From Alphaproteobacteria bacterium (GTDB taxonomy: Bacteria > Pseudomonadota > Alphaproteobacteria > GCA-2731375), in the NCBI GenBank assembly GCA_965225945.1, contig CBDDBZ010000039.1, forward strand, positions 544,001 to 608,000: a DNA stretch of 64,000 nt, read 5' to 3'. Positions 1-11,291 of this stretch are shown here, in pieces (position 1 is the stretch's first letter; the number at the start of each line of letters is the position of its first letter). The notes below the pieces were generated by a model, which was not told the DNA's origin, made no database searches, and saw only the letters and a list, made by a program, of their open reading frames with translations. The position numbers and the translations under genes are program-made.

Positions 1-859
1 TTTCGCCGTGCAAGACGAGGTGACGCGAGAGATCGTCTCGGCCATGGCTTTGACCCTCACTGCCGATGAGCAGGGACGCCTCGAACATAAGAGCACCAAC
101 AATTTAAAGGCCTTCGACTACTACCTTCGGGGTCGCGAACACCATTGGCTGCTGTCGAGGGAGGGAAGTGCTCACGCTAAAGCCATGTTCAATCGCGCTA
201 TCGACCTAGATCCGGAGTTTGCGCCCGCCTACGCGTTCTTGTCGATTCAGCGCGTGTTGGATCACATCAATCAATGGCACGACGCAAACGATCGCCCATT
301 GGAGCACGCCTATGAACTCGCAGAACGGGCGGTCTTGCTGGACGACACCTATGCACGATCCCATTTTACACTAGGAAACGCTAACCTTTGGAAGAGATAA
401 CATGATCAAGCCTTCGCAGAATTCGAAAGGTCTGTTGCGATAGATCCAAATTTTGCTACCGGGTATATGGGGATGGGCTGGGCCCTTCTGTATACGGGGA
501 AGTCGGAAGAAGCGATCGAGTTAATCAATCGGGGCATGCGCCTTGATCCTCATTACTCCGCGGTTCGCCTTCATTGGCTGGCGCAAGCATATTATCAGTT
601 GGGTCGCTACGAGGAAGCGATAGACATTTTGAAGCAACGGATAGTCCGCAATCCCGATACGGACGTCTCCCGCGTTCTGTTGGCGGCGAGTTATGGCCAT
701 CTTGGGCGCGTAGCAGAGGCCAGGGCCGCATGGGCAGAAGCACTTCGGATAAATCCCAACTACTCTCTGGAACACCGCAGGCAGATCTTACCTTATAAGG
801 ATCCATCCGATTTCGATCGCCTCGTCGAAGGGCTGCGCAAGGCGGGTCTGCCGGATTAA
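1..859 (+). pseudogene. 3' part of a TolB-like/TPR-repeat protein (adenylate-cyclase-associated type), interrupted by an in-frame TAA at 398-400
   Basis: ORFs 8-400 and 467-859 share a frame; the bridging sequence translates as WKR*HDQAFAEFERSVAIDPNFATGY, a normal TPR helix pair. Motifs FAVQDEVT, AFDYYLRG and LRKAGLP are typical of these proteins. The gene starts before the window. Confidence 0.8.
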
Positions 860-1123
860 TGGATTTTCCGTTCGGTGATATCGATCCGAAACCTGGTGAC
901 CACGCGTTACATGAGTAACCTCGAATTCGACAGTCCGGAAACAAACTGATCCAAGGTCGATGGGGCATCGAGGCCTGTCGGACTCTCGAGAGATGGTGCT
1001 GATCTCGTGCATGGACACAGATGGCAAGAGGGGCCTCCCAACGTCGGCGGCGCACGCGACCCCGTGACACCCGGCGCCGTTCTCCGCTAGCCTGCGCCAT
1101 GTCAGGACGAGGGGGCCGAGGGG

Positions 1124-1591
1124 ATGGTGGTGTTGGATCGCGTTGAACTGGCGGCGTTGGTCGATGCCGAGGACGCGCGCATCTTCATGCCGCTCAGCCA
1201 TAACGTCGCGAGCGACGGCGAGATGGCCGAACACGGTGCCGAGGGCCGCGATACCGCCTGGATCGACGAGGGAATCGAGACGCTGCGCCAGCGCGTGGCG
1301 CAGCTTGGAACCGGCGTTCACTGGGCGGAGCAGCCGCCCTCGCGCACCACCCACATGATCGCCAATCTGGCGCTGGTGGCGACGCGCCCGGCGGCGGGGC
1401 GCGTGTTGGAGGTGGAGACCCGCTGTCGCTTCCTGGTTCACCGCAACCGGCTGCAGGACGAGACGACGACGCTGATCGGCAAGCGCAACGACACGCTTCG
1501 CCGGGTCGGCGGCGATTGGCGGATCGCAAGGCGCGAAATTCAGCTCGACCAGAACGTCCTTCTGGCCAAAAATCTCTCGGTGTTCTTCTGA
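1124..1591 (+). pseudogene. Aromatic ring-hydroxylating dioxygenase beta subunit, apparently 5'-truncated and without an alpha subunit
   Basis: Motifs HWAEQPPSRTTHMIAN, GKRNDTLR and LDQNVLLAKNLSVFF; the usual N-terminal EARLLD..W segment is absent. Confidence 0.65.
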
Positions 1592-1619
1592 TTCGCTCGC
1601 TCGCGAGGGAGGCAACGGC

Positions 1620-1877
1620 ATGGGCTTGGTCGCAAAGGCTGGGGGGGTCATTCTCGGGGTCGCCGCCGTCTTCTATATCGTGCTGTTCCTGGTCGCCCTG
1701 CCGACGATGGCGAACGCGCCGAGATCGAGCGCGATACACGCCACGTCGGCCAATATTTACCGCACCCTTTATGTGCCGGTACGCGACGCACTGCCGTACG
1801 ACAACTTCGTGCGCCAGCTGATCGTCGACTATGAGCACTACTGGTGCGGCGGCGTCACGGGCTGCGTGCTGCGGTGA
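1620..1877 (+). CDS. Small hypothetical membrane protein
   Basis: GGAGG RBS upstream, N-terminal hydrophobic helix, host-like codon usage. Confidence 0.55.
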   Translation: MGLVAKAGGVILGVAAVFYIVLFLVALPTMANAPRSSAIHATSANIYRTLYVPVRDALPYDNFVRQLIVDYEHYWCGGVTGCVLR

Positions 1878-1917
1878 CGGTGGCGTTCCCGCGCCGCCCG
1901 AGAGCCGCCGGCGCCGG

Positions 1918-2892
1918 TCAGAAAATCTTGGACAGGTATTTCAGCCCGGTATCGGGCAGCACGGTCACAATTCTGGCGGGACCATCGAGGCTGTCTGCGA
2001 GTTTGCGACAGCCGAACAGGTTGGCGCCCGAGCTGCCTCCCGCCAGGATGCCTTCCACCTTGGCCAGTTCGCGGGTCATGGCGAAGGCGTCCGCATCGCT
2101 AAATTGCAACATCTCGTCGACGATCGCGAAGTCCATGCACTTGGCGATATGGTCCTCGCCGATACCCTCCACCTGATAGCTGCCGATCTCGGAGGAATCG
2201 ATCTTTCCGGTCTTGAAGTAGGTGTAATAGATCGAGCCGATCGGATCCGGCATCACCACCTTGATCCGGGCGTCCTGTTGCTTCAGGAAGCGGCCGGCCC
2301 CCGACACCGTCCCGCCGGTGCTGCCGGAGGCGACGAAATAGTCGAGCCGGCCATCCATCTGGCGCCAGATTTCCGGCCCGGTGGTGCGGTAGTGCGCATC
2401 GGCGTTCGCCGGATTGTCGTACTGATTGATCATGAACGAGTTCGGCGTGGTCTCGGCGATCGCGCGGGCCTTGCGGACGTAGTGTTCCTCGCTGTCGGGG
2501 GGCGCGTCGGTCGGGCAGACGATGATCTCGGCGCCGAAGGCCTTCAGCGCCGCTTGCTTCTCCGCGCTCACCTTGTCGGGCATGGTGAGCACCGCCCGAT
2601 AGCCCTTGATCGCCGCGATCATCGCGACGGCGGCACCGGTGTTGCCGGAGGTGTTCTCGACGATGGTGCCGCCCGGCGCGAGCTCGCCGGCGGCTTCCGC
2701 GGCGGCGACGATGTGGTGGACGATCCGATCCTTGACGCTGCCGCTGGGATTGAAGAATTCGAGCTTGGCGAAGACCTCGATACCCTCTTGGCGAAACAGT
2801 TTCCTCAGCGGGACCAGCGGCGTATTGCCGATTGTTTCCAACAAGTCCGTCGCGGTGGAACCGACATCGATCACGTCATCTCTCTCGAGCAT
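1918..2892 (-). CDS. PLP-dependent cysteine synthase / cystathionine beta-synthase family protein
   Basis: IGNTPLV, KLEFFNPSGSVKDR (PLP lysine), TSGNTG, STGGT and VEGIG motifs. Confidence 0.92.
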   Translation of the reverse strand: MLERDDVIDVGSTATDLLETIGNTPLVPLRKLFRQEGIEVFAKLEFFNPSGSVKDRIVHHIVAAAEAAGELAPGGTIVENTSGNTGAAVAMIAAIKGYRAVLTMPDKVSAEKQAALKAFGAEIIVCPTDAPPDSEEHYVRKARAIAETTPNSFMINQYDNPANADAHYRTTGPEIWRQMDGRLDYFVASGSTGGTVSGAGRFLKQQDARIKVVMPDPIGSIYYTYFKTGKIDSSEIGSYQVEGIGEDHIAKCMDFAIVDEMLQFSDADAFAMTRELAKVEGILAGGSSGANLFGCRKLADSLDGPARIVTVLPDTGLKYLSKIF

Positions 2893-3243
2893 GGCTTAGA
2901 CTCCCGGAGCGAGGGGCGGGCGAATTCCCGTCTTCGGGGGCAGGCGGGTGCCCCGGCGACCGCTCCCTCCCCCGATATCGCCCTAGACGGCATCGAGGGA
3001 AGCTTCGAGCGATGATACGACCTTCACCTCGGGCCGGGGAAGAGCAGCGCATGGGTTCGAGGGGGTCCGGCGGCGCGGAGGCCGGCCCAGGCAAGCGTGA
3101 GCGTCCCGCTCCGCCTTCTCCACCTGGCTGGTCTACCCGCCGGGCGCCCTGGCACGGCGCCTCATGGAGCCACGATCTCGCAAGATTCGGAAAATGATAC
3201 ACGGGAGTGCACCCCTAGTCCGAGGCAGATTTTCGGGTTACGG

Positions 3244-3272
3244 TTGACGGAACCCATAACTCAGGTTAGTCT
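3244..3272 (+). promoter_or_regulatory. Sigma70-type promoter of higBA with an overlapping TAAC-N4-GTTA palindrome (possible HigA operator)
   Basis: TTGACG (3244-3249), 17-bp spacer, TAGTCT (3267-3272), about 11 nt before the higB ATG. Confidence 0.6.
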
Positions 3273-3283
3273 GACACGAATCG

Positions 3284-3571
3284 ATGATACGCAGCTACAG
3301 GGATAAAAAGACCGAAGCCTTCGCCAATGGTGAATTCGTGAAGCAATTCTTGAGCTTTGCCGAGCAGGCTCAACGGCGTCTCGTATACCTGAATGCGGCC
3401 GACAGCCTTCTTGCCTTGCGGAATTTTCGGAGCAATCGGTTGGAAGCCCTGTCAGGCGACAGAAGAGGCCGGTACAGCATACGCATTAATCTGCAATGGC
3501 GGATATGCTTCGAATGGCCGGACGACGCGACGGGGCCGCATAACGTGGAAATTGTAAATTATCACAGGTGA
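3284..3571 (+). CDS. higB: HigB family toxin (RelE/ParE superfamily)
   Basis: MIRSYRDKKTE...SNRLEALSGDRRGRYSIRINLQWRICFEW...VEIVNYH; toxin lies upstream of the antitoxin. Confidence 0.92.
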   Translation: MIRSYRDKKTEAFANGEFVKQFLSFAEQAQRRLVYLNAADSLLALRNFRSNRLEALSGDRRGRYSIRINLQWRICFEWPDDATGPHNVEIVNYHR

Positions 3572-3579
3572 GAAGGACG

Positions 3580-3888
3580 ATGATCAACCTGCCCCCCATA
3601 CATCCCGGCTCATTCCTCAAGGAAGAGCTGGAAGAGTGTGGCATACTGCCTGCACATCTGGCGAATGCTATTGCCGTGCCAAAGAACCGCATCTCTGAAA
3701 TTGTCAACGGCAAGCGCGGCATAACCGGTGATACGGCCCTGCGGCTCGGGCATTATTTCGGGACCGGTGAAAAGGTCTGGATGAATCTGCAAAGCGAATA
3801 CGAGTTGGCCCTGGCGAGACAAAGCGCCGGTGGCGATATCGCCGCGCTGCCCACCTTACAGGATGATTCGCCGGCCGTTGCGAAGTAA
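3580..3888 (+). CDS. higA: HigA family antitoxin (HTH)
   Basis: PPIHPGSFLKEE, RISEIVNGKRGITGDTALRL and WMNLQSEYEL motifs. Confidence 0.92.
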   Translation: MINLPPIHPGSFLKEELEECGILPAHLANAIAVPKNRISEIVNGKRGITGDTALRLGHYFGTGEKVWMNLQSEYELALARQSAGGDIAALPTLQDDSPAVAK

Positions 3889-3928
3889 GCCGTTACCAAC
3901 GTGTTTCCTCGCGAAGAATGGCGGCTGT

Positions 3929-4086
3929 GGGTTTGTTGAAAAAGTCTGTGAGGCGACCGCTCTGGAGTTCGGGGCGCAAGAATTGAATTGATGAAGGGCC
4001 GGAGCCAACATCTTCTTTCGTCGAGAGCGGTTGCCACGAATCAATCTTTCGAGTCCAAAGACCCAAGTTATTTTTTCAACAAACCC
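3929..4086. mobile_element. 158-bp MITE with 15-bp terminal inverted repeats and a 5-bp target duplication
   Basis: GGGTTTGTTGAAAAA (3929-3943) and TTTTTCAACAAACCC (4072-4086) are perfect inverted repeats; GCTGT flanks both ends (3924-3928, 4087-4091); no transposase. Confidence 0.75.
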
Positions 4087-4424
4087 GCTGTCCCAATTAC
4101 CCGCCCCAATGTGCGTACTATGTTTCAAGTTGGTTTTTTTGCCATCCGTTCCGAGGTCGGGTTCGGACATAGCCCTTCTTGCGCGGAGGCCGGAACGGGA
4201 CGGTGCCTTCGTCCGCCCGATCGTCGCTCGCGCGCATCACGATCGATGACGATCTTTTCGCCTGTCCGCCCATGACCGTGTACCTCCGGTGTCCCATCGG
4301 GACGATTGGTCTCCGAACCGCGTCACGCGAAAGCCCCGGACGCGCGCGAGGCCGGGGATGTGGGGGCGAATATTCGCCATCTCGACCCCTGCCGAGCGTT
4401 GCGCCGAGGCGCGGGCGGGACTAG

Positions 4425-5675
<1,251 letters not shown>

Positions 5676-5688
5676 GGGGCATCGCGCG

Positions 5689-6621
5689 ATGCGCATCGCC
5701 GTGATGGGCGCCGGCGGGCTCGGCGGCAACTACGGCGCCCGGCTCGCCGCCGGAGGCCAGGACGTCGCCTTCATCGCCCGGGGCGCCAACCTCCGGGGCT
5801 TGAGAGATCGCGGCCTGCTGGTTACCAGCGAGGCGCTCGGCGACATTCGCCTCGATAAGGTGAGGGTGAGCGACGATCCGGCCGAGATCGGCCCGGTCGA
5901 CGTGGTGCTGCTGACGACCAAGCGCTACGACCTGGAGGCCGCCGCCGAGGCGACGAAACCCTTGCTCGGGCCGGAAACGGCAGTGATCTCGCTGCTGAAC
6001 GGGATCGATTCCGAGGCTCGCATGGTGGCGATCCTGGGGCCTCGTCACGTCGTCGGCGGCGCCGCCTACACCACGGCGCATCTGCTGGAGCCGGGGCGCA
6101 TACGCCATGTCTCCGGCCCTCAGCGAATCGCCGTCGGCGAGCTGGACGGCCGGATCTCGCCCCGCCTCGAGGGCTTCGCCGAGGTTGCGGAGGCGGCCGG
6201 CATCGAGACCCTGGTCAGCGACGAGATCCAGGCGCTGATCTGGGCCAAGTTCGTCCTGCTGGCCGGGATCGGCGGCGTCTGCGCGCTGGCCCGCCAGCCG
6301 GTCGGCGCCATCCGCGAGGACGCGGAGCTGCGCGCGCTCAGCCATCTCTCGATGGCGGAGATCGTCGCCGTGGCCGAGGCGGAGGGCATCGAGATCCCGG
6401 GCGCCGAGGCGGCGGGCGCCGCCTTCATCGAGAATTCCGCCGCCGATCTGGAGCCCTCGCTGCTGGTCGATCTCAATCGCGGCCGCCGCTTGGAAGTGGA
6501 GTGGTTCTCGGGCGAGATCCTGCGCCTCGGCCGCCTGCACGGCGTCGCGACGCCGATCCATCAGGCGATTTGGGCAGCCCTTCGCCCCTTCGCCGCCGGC
6601 CTCGGCACCCCCGGGTCCTGA
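5689..6621 (+). CDS. panE: 2-dehydropantoate 2-reductase (ketopantoate reductase family)
   Basis: GAGGLG Rossmann motif, LLNGI, IWAKF and SLLVDL..GRRLE motifs. Confidence 0.85.
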   Translation: MRIAVMGAGGLGGNYGARLAAGGQDVAFIARGANLRGLRDRGLLVTSEALGDIRLDKVRVSDDPAEIGPVDVVLLTTKRYDLEAAAEATKPLLGPETAVISLLNGIDSEARMVAILGPRHVVGGAAYTTAHLLEPGRIRHVSGPQRIAVGELDGRISPRLEGFAEVAEAAGIETLVSDEIQALIWAKFVLLAGIGGVCALARQPVGAIREDAELRALSHLSMAEIVAVAEAEGIEIPGAEAAGAAFIENSAADLEPSLLVDLNRGRRLEVEWFSGEILRLGRLHGVATPIHQAIWAALRPFAAGLGTPGS

Positions 6622-6727
6622 GGCGGGTCGCGAAGGGCGCCGCCGCCGGGCGGCGACTGGCGTTTCGGCCGGGGAATCCCTAAATTGTGGGAACGCGAAG
6701 TGCGCATCGATTAAGGGGAGCCCGGTC

Positions 6728-6973
6728 ATGGCGAACGCGCCGGAAGCCTTGATTCTGGATCTGGTCGAGTGGGTCGCCCGCCGAGCCCGACCCTACGACG
6801 AGGTGATGGAAGCTTGGCGGACCTCCTGCCCGCGCTTGCCGGTCTGGGAGGACGCGGTGGCGCGCGGGCTGGTGGCGCGCCGGCGGGAAGGCTTCGAGGT
6901 CGCCCATGTGGTCGTCACGCCGAGGGGCGAGGAGCTCCTGGCGCTCAATGGTCGCTGCGTCCGGGCGGCCTGA
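6728..6973 (+). CDS. Small conserved hypothetical protein (winged-helix-like)
   Basis: GGGGAG RBS; LILDLVEWV...YDEVMEAWRTSCPRLPVWEDA motif recalled from proteobacterial small proteins. Confidence 0.65.
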   Translation: MANAPEALILDLVEWVARRARPYDEVMEAWRTSCPRLPVWEDAVARGLVARRREGFEVAHVVVTPRGEELLALNGRCVRAA

Positions 6974-6990
6974 TCAGGGGTCCGGCGGCG

Positions 6991-7974
6991 GTGAAAATTA
7001 CCATCCTGGACGATTATCACGACACCCTTCGCCACCTTCCCTGTTTCGCCGAGCTCGACGCTCACGCGGTCGCGATCTGAAACGATCATTGCCAGGACCT
7101 CGTTCCGCTGGCGGAACGACTGGCCGAGACCGAGGCGCTGGTGCTGATCCGCGAGCGAACGCATATCCGCGCGCCACTGCTGGAACGACTGGCGAACCTT
7201 CGCCTGATCAGCCAGCGGAGCGTCTATCCCCATATCGACATCGAGGCCTGCACGCGCCTCGGCATCGTCGTCTCCTCGGACCTGCACATGGGCACGCCGA
7301 GCCACGCGACGGCCGAGCTCACCTGGGGCCTGGTGTTGGCGGCGGCGCGGCAAATCCCGCAACAGATGGCCTCGCTGCAAGCCGGCGGCTGGCAGATCGG
7401 CGTCGGCACGAGCTTGCGCGGCAAGACCCTCGGAATCCACGGCTATAGCCGCATCGGCGCGACGGTCGCCGGAATCGGGCGGGCCTTCGGGATGGAGGTG
7501 CTGGTCTGGGCCCGCGAGGCCTCGCGGGAGCGCGCGGTGGCGGAGGGCTACCGGGCGGCGTCGAGCAAGCGCAGGTTTTACCAAACGGCGGACGTGATCT
7601 CGCTCCACATGCGCCTGGTCGACGCCACTCGCGGATGCGTGACGCGGGACGACCTCGCCCGGATGAAGCCGAGCGCCATCCTGGTCAACACCAGCCGCGC
7701 CGGGCTGATCGAGGAAGATGCCTTGGTGGACGCGCTGCGCGCCGGACGGCCGGGGATGGCGGCGGTCGACGTCTATGAGGCCGAGCCCGTGACCGACCCG
7801 GCGCATCCGCTGCTGAGGCTTCCCAACGTGGTGGCGACGCCGCACATCGGCTACGTCACGGCGGAGGAATACGAGCAGCAATTCAGCGACATCTTCCGCC
7901 AAATCACCGCCTTCGCCTCGGGCATCCCCAGCAACGTGGTCAACCCCGAGGTCCTCGACCACATGCGGTGCTGA
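6991..7974 (+). pseudogene. D-2-hydroxyacid dehydrogenase family protein with an in-frame TGA at 7078-7080
   Basis: GTG start at 6991 gives [35 protein letters not shown], in frame with ORF 7141-7974 ([20 protein letters not shown]). Confidence 0.85.
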
Positions 7975-7998
7975 TTAACGCCCGCCACGACGTCGGCC

Positions 7999-9201
7999 TC
8001 AGCGCCATTTGGCGCGGGCGTTGTTGAGCCAGGTCGGGTTGAGACGCACGCAGTAGGCGCCGGCATCTCGCAGCCGGCGGCACGAGGTGAGCGATTCGTC
8101 CTTCCCCAAGGCTACGAGCAAGGCCCGGTATCGCGTCACGCCGCCGCGTGCGCTCGCCACCACGGCGGGCTGGCTCTTCGCCGCCATTCGGCCCAGCGCG
8201 ACGCGGCGCTTCTCGATCTCGCCCAGCGCCTTGGCACGGCTGGAGTAGGAGCCGATAACAAGCCCCCAGCCCGGAAACGGTCCGGCTTCCAGGACGCTTT
8301 CGCGCGGCCGCTGCTTCGAGGGCGCGCACTGGGCGCCCGGCAAAACGTGCGGCGGCGGCGTGGTCACAACCTGGCCACCGCGCTGGCCCAACACGCCGAG
8401 GGGGCGTGACGCCTTGCCGGCCCTTGCGAAGGCCGCGTCGACGAGCTCGCGCGCCTTACCGGCGCGCGCCTGACGGCTCGGCCCGCCCATGATCACCGCG
8501 ACCACCCGGCGCCGGCCTTTCCTGGCCGAGGCGACTAGGTTGAAGCCGGCGGCGCAGGTGAAGCCGGTCTTGATCCCGTCCGCGCCCCGGTAGCTGGTCA
8601 ACCAGCCGTTGACGGTGCCGAAGCGCTGCTTGCCGTAAGTCGCGCTGGTTCGGGAGAAGAGCGGAAAATGCCGGGGAAAATCGCGCATCAGCGCCCGCGC
8701 CAGGAGCGCGATGTCGTGGGCGGTCGTGACCTGTCGTCGGTCGGGCAGCCCCGTCGCATTGGTGAACCGCGTCGCGCGCATGCCCAGCGCCCGCGCTTTC
8801 TCGGTCATCGCCCGGGCGAAGGCGCGCTCGTCCCCCGCCACCGCCTCGGCGAGGACGACGGCGGCATCGTTGGCCGAGCGCAGGATGGTGGCGTTCAGCG
8901 CCTCCTCGAGCGTGATCGTTCGCCCCTTTATCAGGCTCAATTTGACCGCCGGCTGGGCCGCCGCGGCGGCGGAGATGAGAAGCGCCTGCCCGAACGCTAG
9001 GCGTTTCGCGCGGATCGCTTCCAGGACCAGGTAGGCGGTCATGATCTTGGTCAGGGAGGCGGGGTAGCGTGGTGCCCGGTCATGCGACGCCTGCATGATG
9101 GTGCCACTCTCGGCGTCGAACACGATGCTCGCCCATTCGGCCCGAGCGGGCCCGGCCGAGAGCAGCAAGCCGGCTACCAGAAGCCACCGCCTGAAACCCA
9201 T
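7999..9201 (-). CDS. D-alanyl-D-alanine carboxypeptidase (peptidase S11) with a C-terminal SPOR-like domain
   Basis: Signal peptide; PASLTK (SxxK), SAN (SxN) and KTG motifs. Confidence 0.9.
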   Translation of the reverse strand: MGFRRWLLVAGLLLSAGPARAEWASIVFDAESGTIMQASHDRAPRYPASLTKIMTAYLVLEAIRAKRLAFGQALLISAAAAAQPAVKLSLIKGRTITLEEALNATILRSANDAAVVLAEAVAGDERAFARAMTEKARALGMRATRFTNATGLPDRRQVTTAHDIALLARALMRDFPRHFPLFSRTSATYGKQRFGTVNGWLTSYRGADGIKTGFTCAAGFNLVASARKGRRRVVAVIMGGPSRQARAGKARELVDAAFARAGKASRPLGVLGQRGGQVVTTPPPHVLPGAQCAPSKQRPRESVLEAGPFPGWGLVIGSYSSRAKALGEIEKRRVALGRMAAKSQPAVVASARGGVTRYRALLVALGKDESLTSCRRLRDAGAYCVRLNPTWLNNARAKWR

Positions 9202-9507
9202 CGTCCCCCGTCCTCGCGACGAATTACGCGCGGGAACGGCGCATCGCCCTCCCCTCTCCCCTGAATATGGCTACGCTCGGGGAAGACGCCAGTGACCACC
9301 GACACGGATCGCGCGGCGCGTCCAGCGGCGCGGGCGCCATCACGCCAATGGAGGGACCAACCCGAAGACCATCCCCCGCCGGCGCCCGCGGTCGCTTCGA
9401 CGAGCCAGATGCCCACAGCTCCCACACCACACCGTGGGGCACGACCATCAGCTGGATTTCGTATGACACCAAACGCGATAAATGGCGACTCCTCTGCGCG
9501 GACAGAC

Positions 9508-10044
9508 TTAAGCCGCCAGGCGGAAGAAGACCACCACGACGGCGGCGAGTTGGACGAGGTTGATCCCGAAACTGGCGCCATGGAGCAGACCGAACCGTCG
9601 CCGCGCCCGCTCGTCACCCGCCGCGCGGGCGGCCCTCAGCGCCTCGATTCGGGGGCGGATCACCAGGTCGGCGAGGAGGAACAGCGCGGCGACGGCCCAC
9701 AGAACCCAGCTCTCCCAGCGATAGAAGATCAGCAGCGCCGCCGCCGTAGCGCAGACCAGCAGGACACGGTAGTACAGCGGAAAAAGCGAGGACAGTAGCC
9801 GTGCTCAGCGCGGCGACGGCCCACAGAACCCAGCTCTCCCAGCGATAGAAGATCAGCAGCGCCGCCGCCGTCAGCAGGACACGGTAGTACAGCGGAAAAA
9901 GCGAGGACAGTAGCCGTGCGCCTGCTCGCGCTCCAGCGCGCGGAAGACGACGGGGGCCAGCGCGAGGGTGAAGAAACTCATCGCCCCCAGCATCAGCGCA
10001 TTGAGAAAAGCCGCAACGGTGTGAAAGTTTATGTATTCAACCAT
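9508..10044 (-). pseudogene. DUF4149-like membrane protein broken by a 1-bp loss near 9920 and an internal tandem duplication
   Basis: Reconstructed protein MVEYINF...LAPVVFRALEREQA/ARLLSSLFPLYYRVLL...IRPRIEALRAA...RFGLLHGASFGINLVQLAAVVVVFFRLAA* (stop 9508-9510). Confidence 0.7.
9682..9919. repeat. Tandem duplication of 123 bp (9682-9804) and 114 bp (9806-9919)
   Basis: The copies are identical except that the 9 bp AGCGCAGAC is missing from the second. Confidence 0.95.
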
Positions 10045-10109
10045 CGCTCGCCTGATTTCGTCATCGCGAGGCCGCGCCGGGCGGATTCGACCAAGCTCGA
10101 AATGCACTA

Positions 10110-11288
10110 GTGTCCTGATCGATAAATTGATATGATTATGTCTCTATTTGTTTTCAGGAGGCGCGATTGATGGCGAGAGTGGCGGTGACGATCTCTTTGA
10201 GCGATGACGAGCGCGCCGAATTGGAGGCGCTGTCTCGTCGTCGCAAGACGTCGCAGGGGCTTGCGCGGCGGGCTCGGATCGTCTTGGCGGCGGCGGAAGG
10301 GTTGGAGAACAAGGAGATCGCCGTTCGTCTCGAGGCGAGCGCGGACACCGTGGGCAAGTGGCGTCGCCGCTATGCGGCGGAGGGCCTCGACGGTCTGTAC
10401 GACGAACCCCGCCCCGGCGCGCCGCGTCAAATCGGCGATGACGCCATCGCGGAAGCGGTCCGGCTGACGCTGGAAGAGACGCCGCCGGACGCGAGCCATT
10501 GGAGCCTTCGCTCGATGGCGCGGGCGAGCGGCAACGCGCCCTCGACCATTCATCGCATCTGGCGGGCCTTCGGCTTGCAGCCGCATCGCTCGGAGACCTT
10601 CAAGCTGTCGAGCGATCCCTTCTTCGTGGAGAAGGTCCGCGACATCGTCGGTCTGTATTTGGCGCCGCCGGATCGTGCCCTGGTTCTCTGTGTCGACGAA
10701 AAGAGCCAGATCCAGGCCTTGGACCGTTCCCAGCCCCTCTTGCCGATGCGCCCCGGGCAGGCGGAGCGGCGCAGCCACGACTACAAGCGCCACGGCACGA
10801 CCTCTCTCTTCGCGGCCCTCGACATCGCCACGGGAGAGATCATCGGCAAATGTTTCCCGCGCCATCGGGCCCGAGAGTTCCGCAAATTCCTCGACCTCGT
10901 CGAGGCGAACGTCCCTGCTGATCTCGACATCCACATCGTCATGGACAACTACGGGACCCACAAGACCAAGGCGATCCGCGACTGGTTCGCCAAACGGCCG
11001 CGCTGGCAGGCCCATTTCACACCCACCAGCGCCTCCTGGCTCAACCAGGTCGAGCGCTGGTTCGGGCTGCTGACCGACAAACAGATCAGGCGCGGCGTCC
11101 ATCGCTCCACCAAGGAGTTGGAGCGCACCATCCTCGACTACATCGACACGACAAACCAGAACCCCAAACCCTTCAAATGGACCAAATCCGCCGATGACAT
11201 CCTCGGCGCCATCCAGCGCTTCTGCCTCCGAACAATCGAAATCGCTGAACAGCAGGCGAAAATCATGCGAACTTCGGAATCGGGACAC
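10110..11288 (+). mobile_element. IS630-family element, copy 1
   Basis: Ends GTGTCCTGAT / ATCGGGACAC; CTAG at 10107-10110 and 11288-11291 (TA duplication). Confidence 0.95.
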
Positions 11289-11291
11289 TAG
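10167..11291 (+). CDS. IS630 transposase
   Basis: N-terminal HTH; CVDEK, VMDNY and [13 protein letters not shown] motifs intact; the ATG at 10170 is the likelier start. Confidence 0.95.
   Translation: MMARVAVTISLSDDERAELEALSRRRKTSQGLARRARIVLAAAEGLENKEIAVRLEASADTVGKWRRRYAAEGLDGLYDEPRPGAPRQIGDDAIAEAVRLTLEETPPDASHWSLRSMARASGNAPSTIHRIWRAFGLQPHRSETFKLSSDPFFVEKVRDIVGLYLAPPDRALVLCVDEKSQIQALDRSQPLLPMRPGQAERRSHDYKRHGTTSLFAALDIATGEIIGKCFPRHRAREFRKFLDLVEANVPADLDIHIVMDNYGTHKTKAIRDWFAKRPRWQAHFTPTSASWLNQVERWFGLLTDKQIRRGVHRSTKELERTILDYIDTTNQNPKPFKWTKSADDILGAIQRFCLRTIEIAEQQAKIMRTSESGH

Noticed and set aside
7078-7080. TGA reassigned to Trp, or selenocysteine
   Set aside because: Many genes here end at TGA at the expected position and TGG is used normally for Trp; the homologous residue appears to be Trp, not Cys, and I saw no convincing SECIS.
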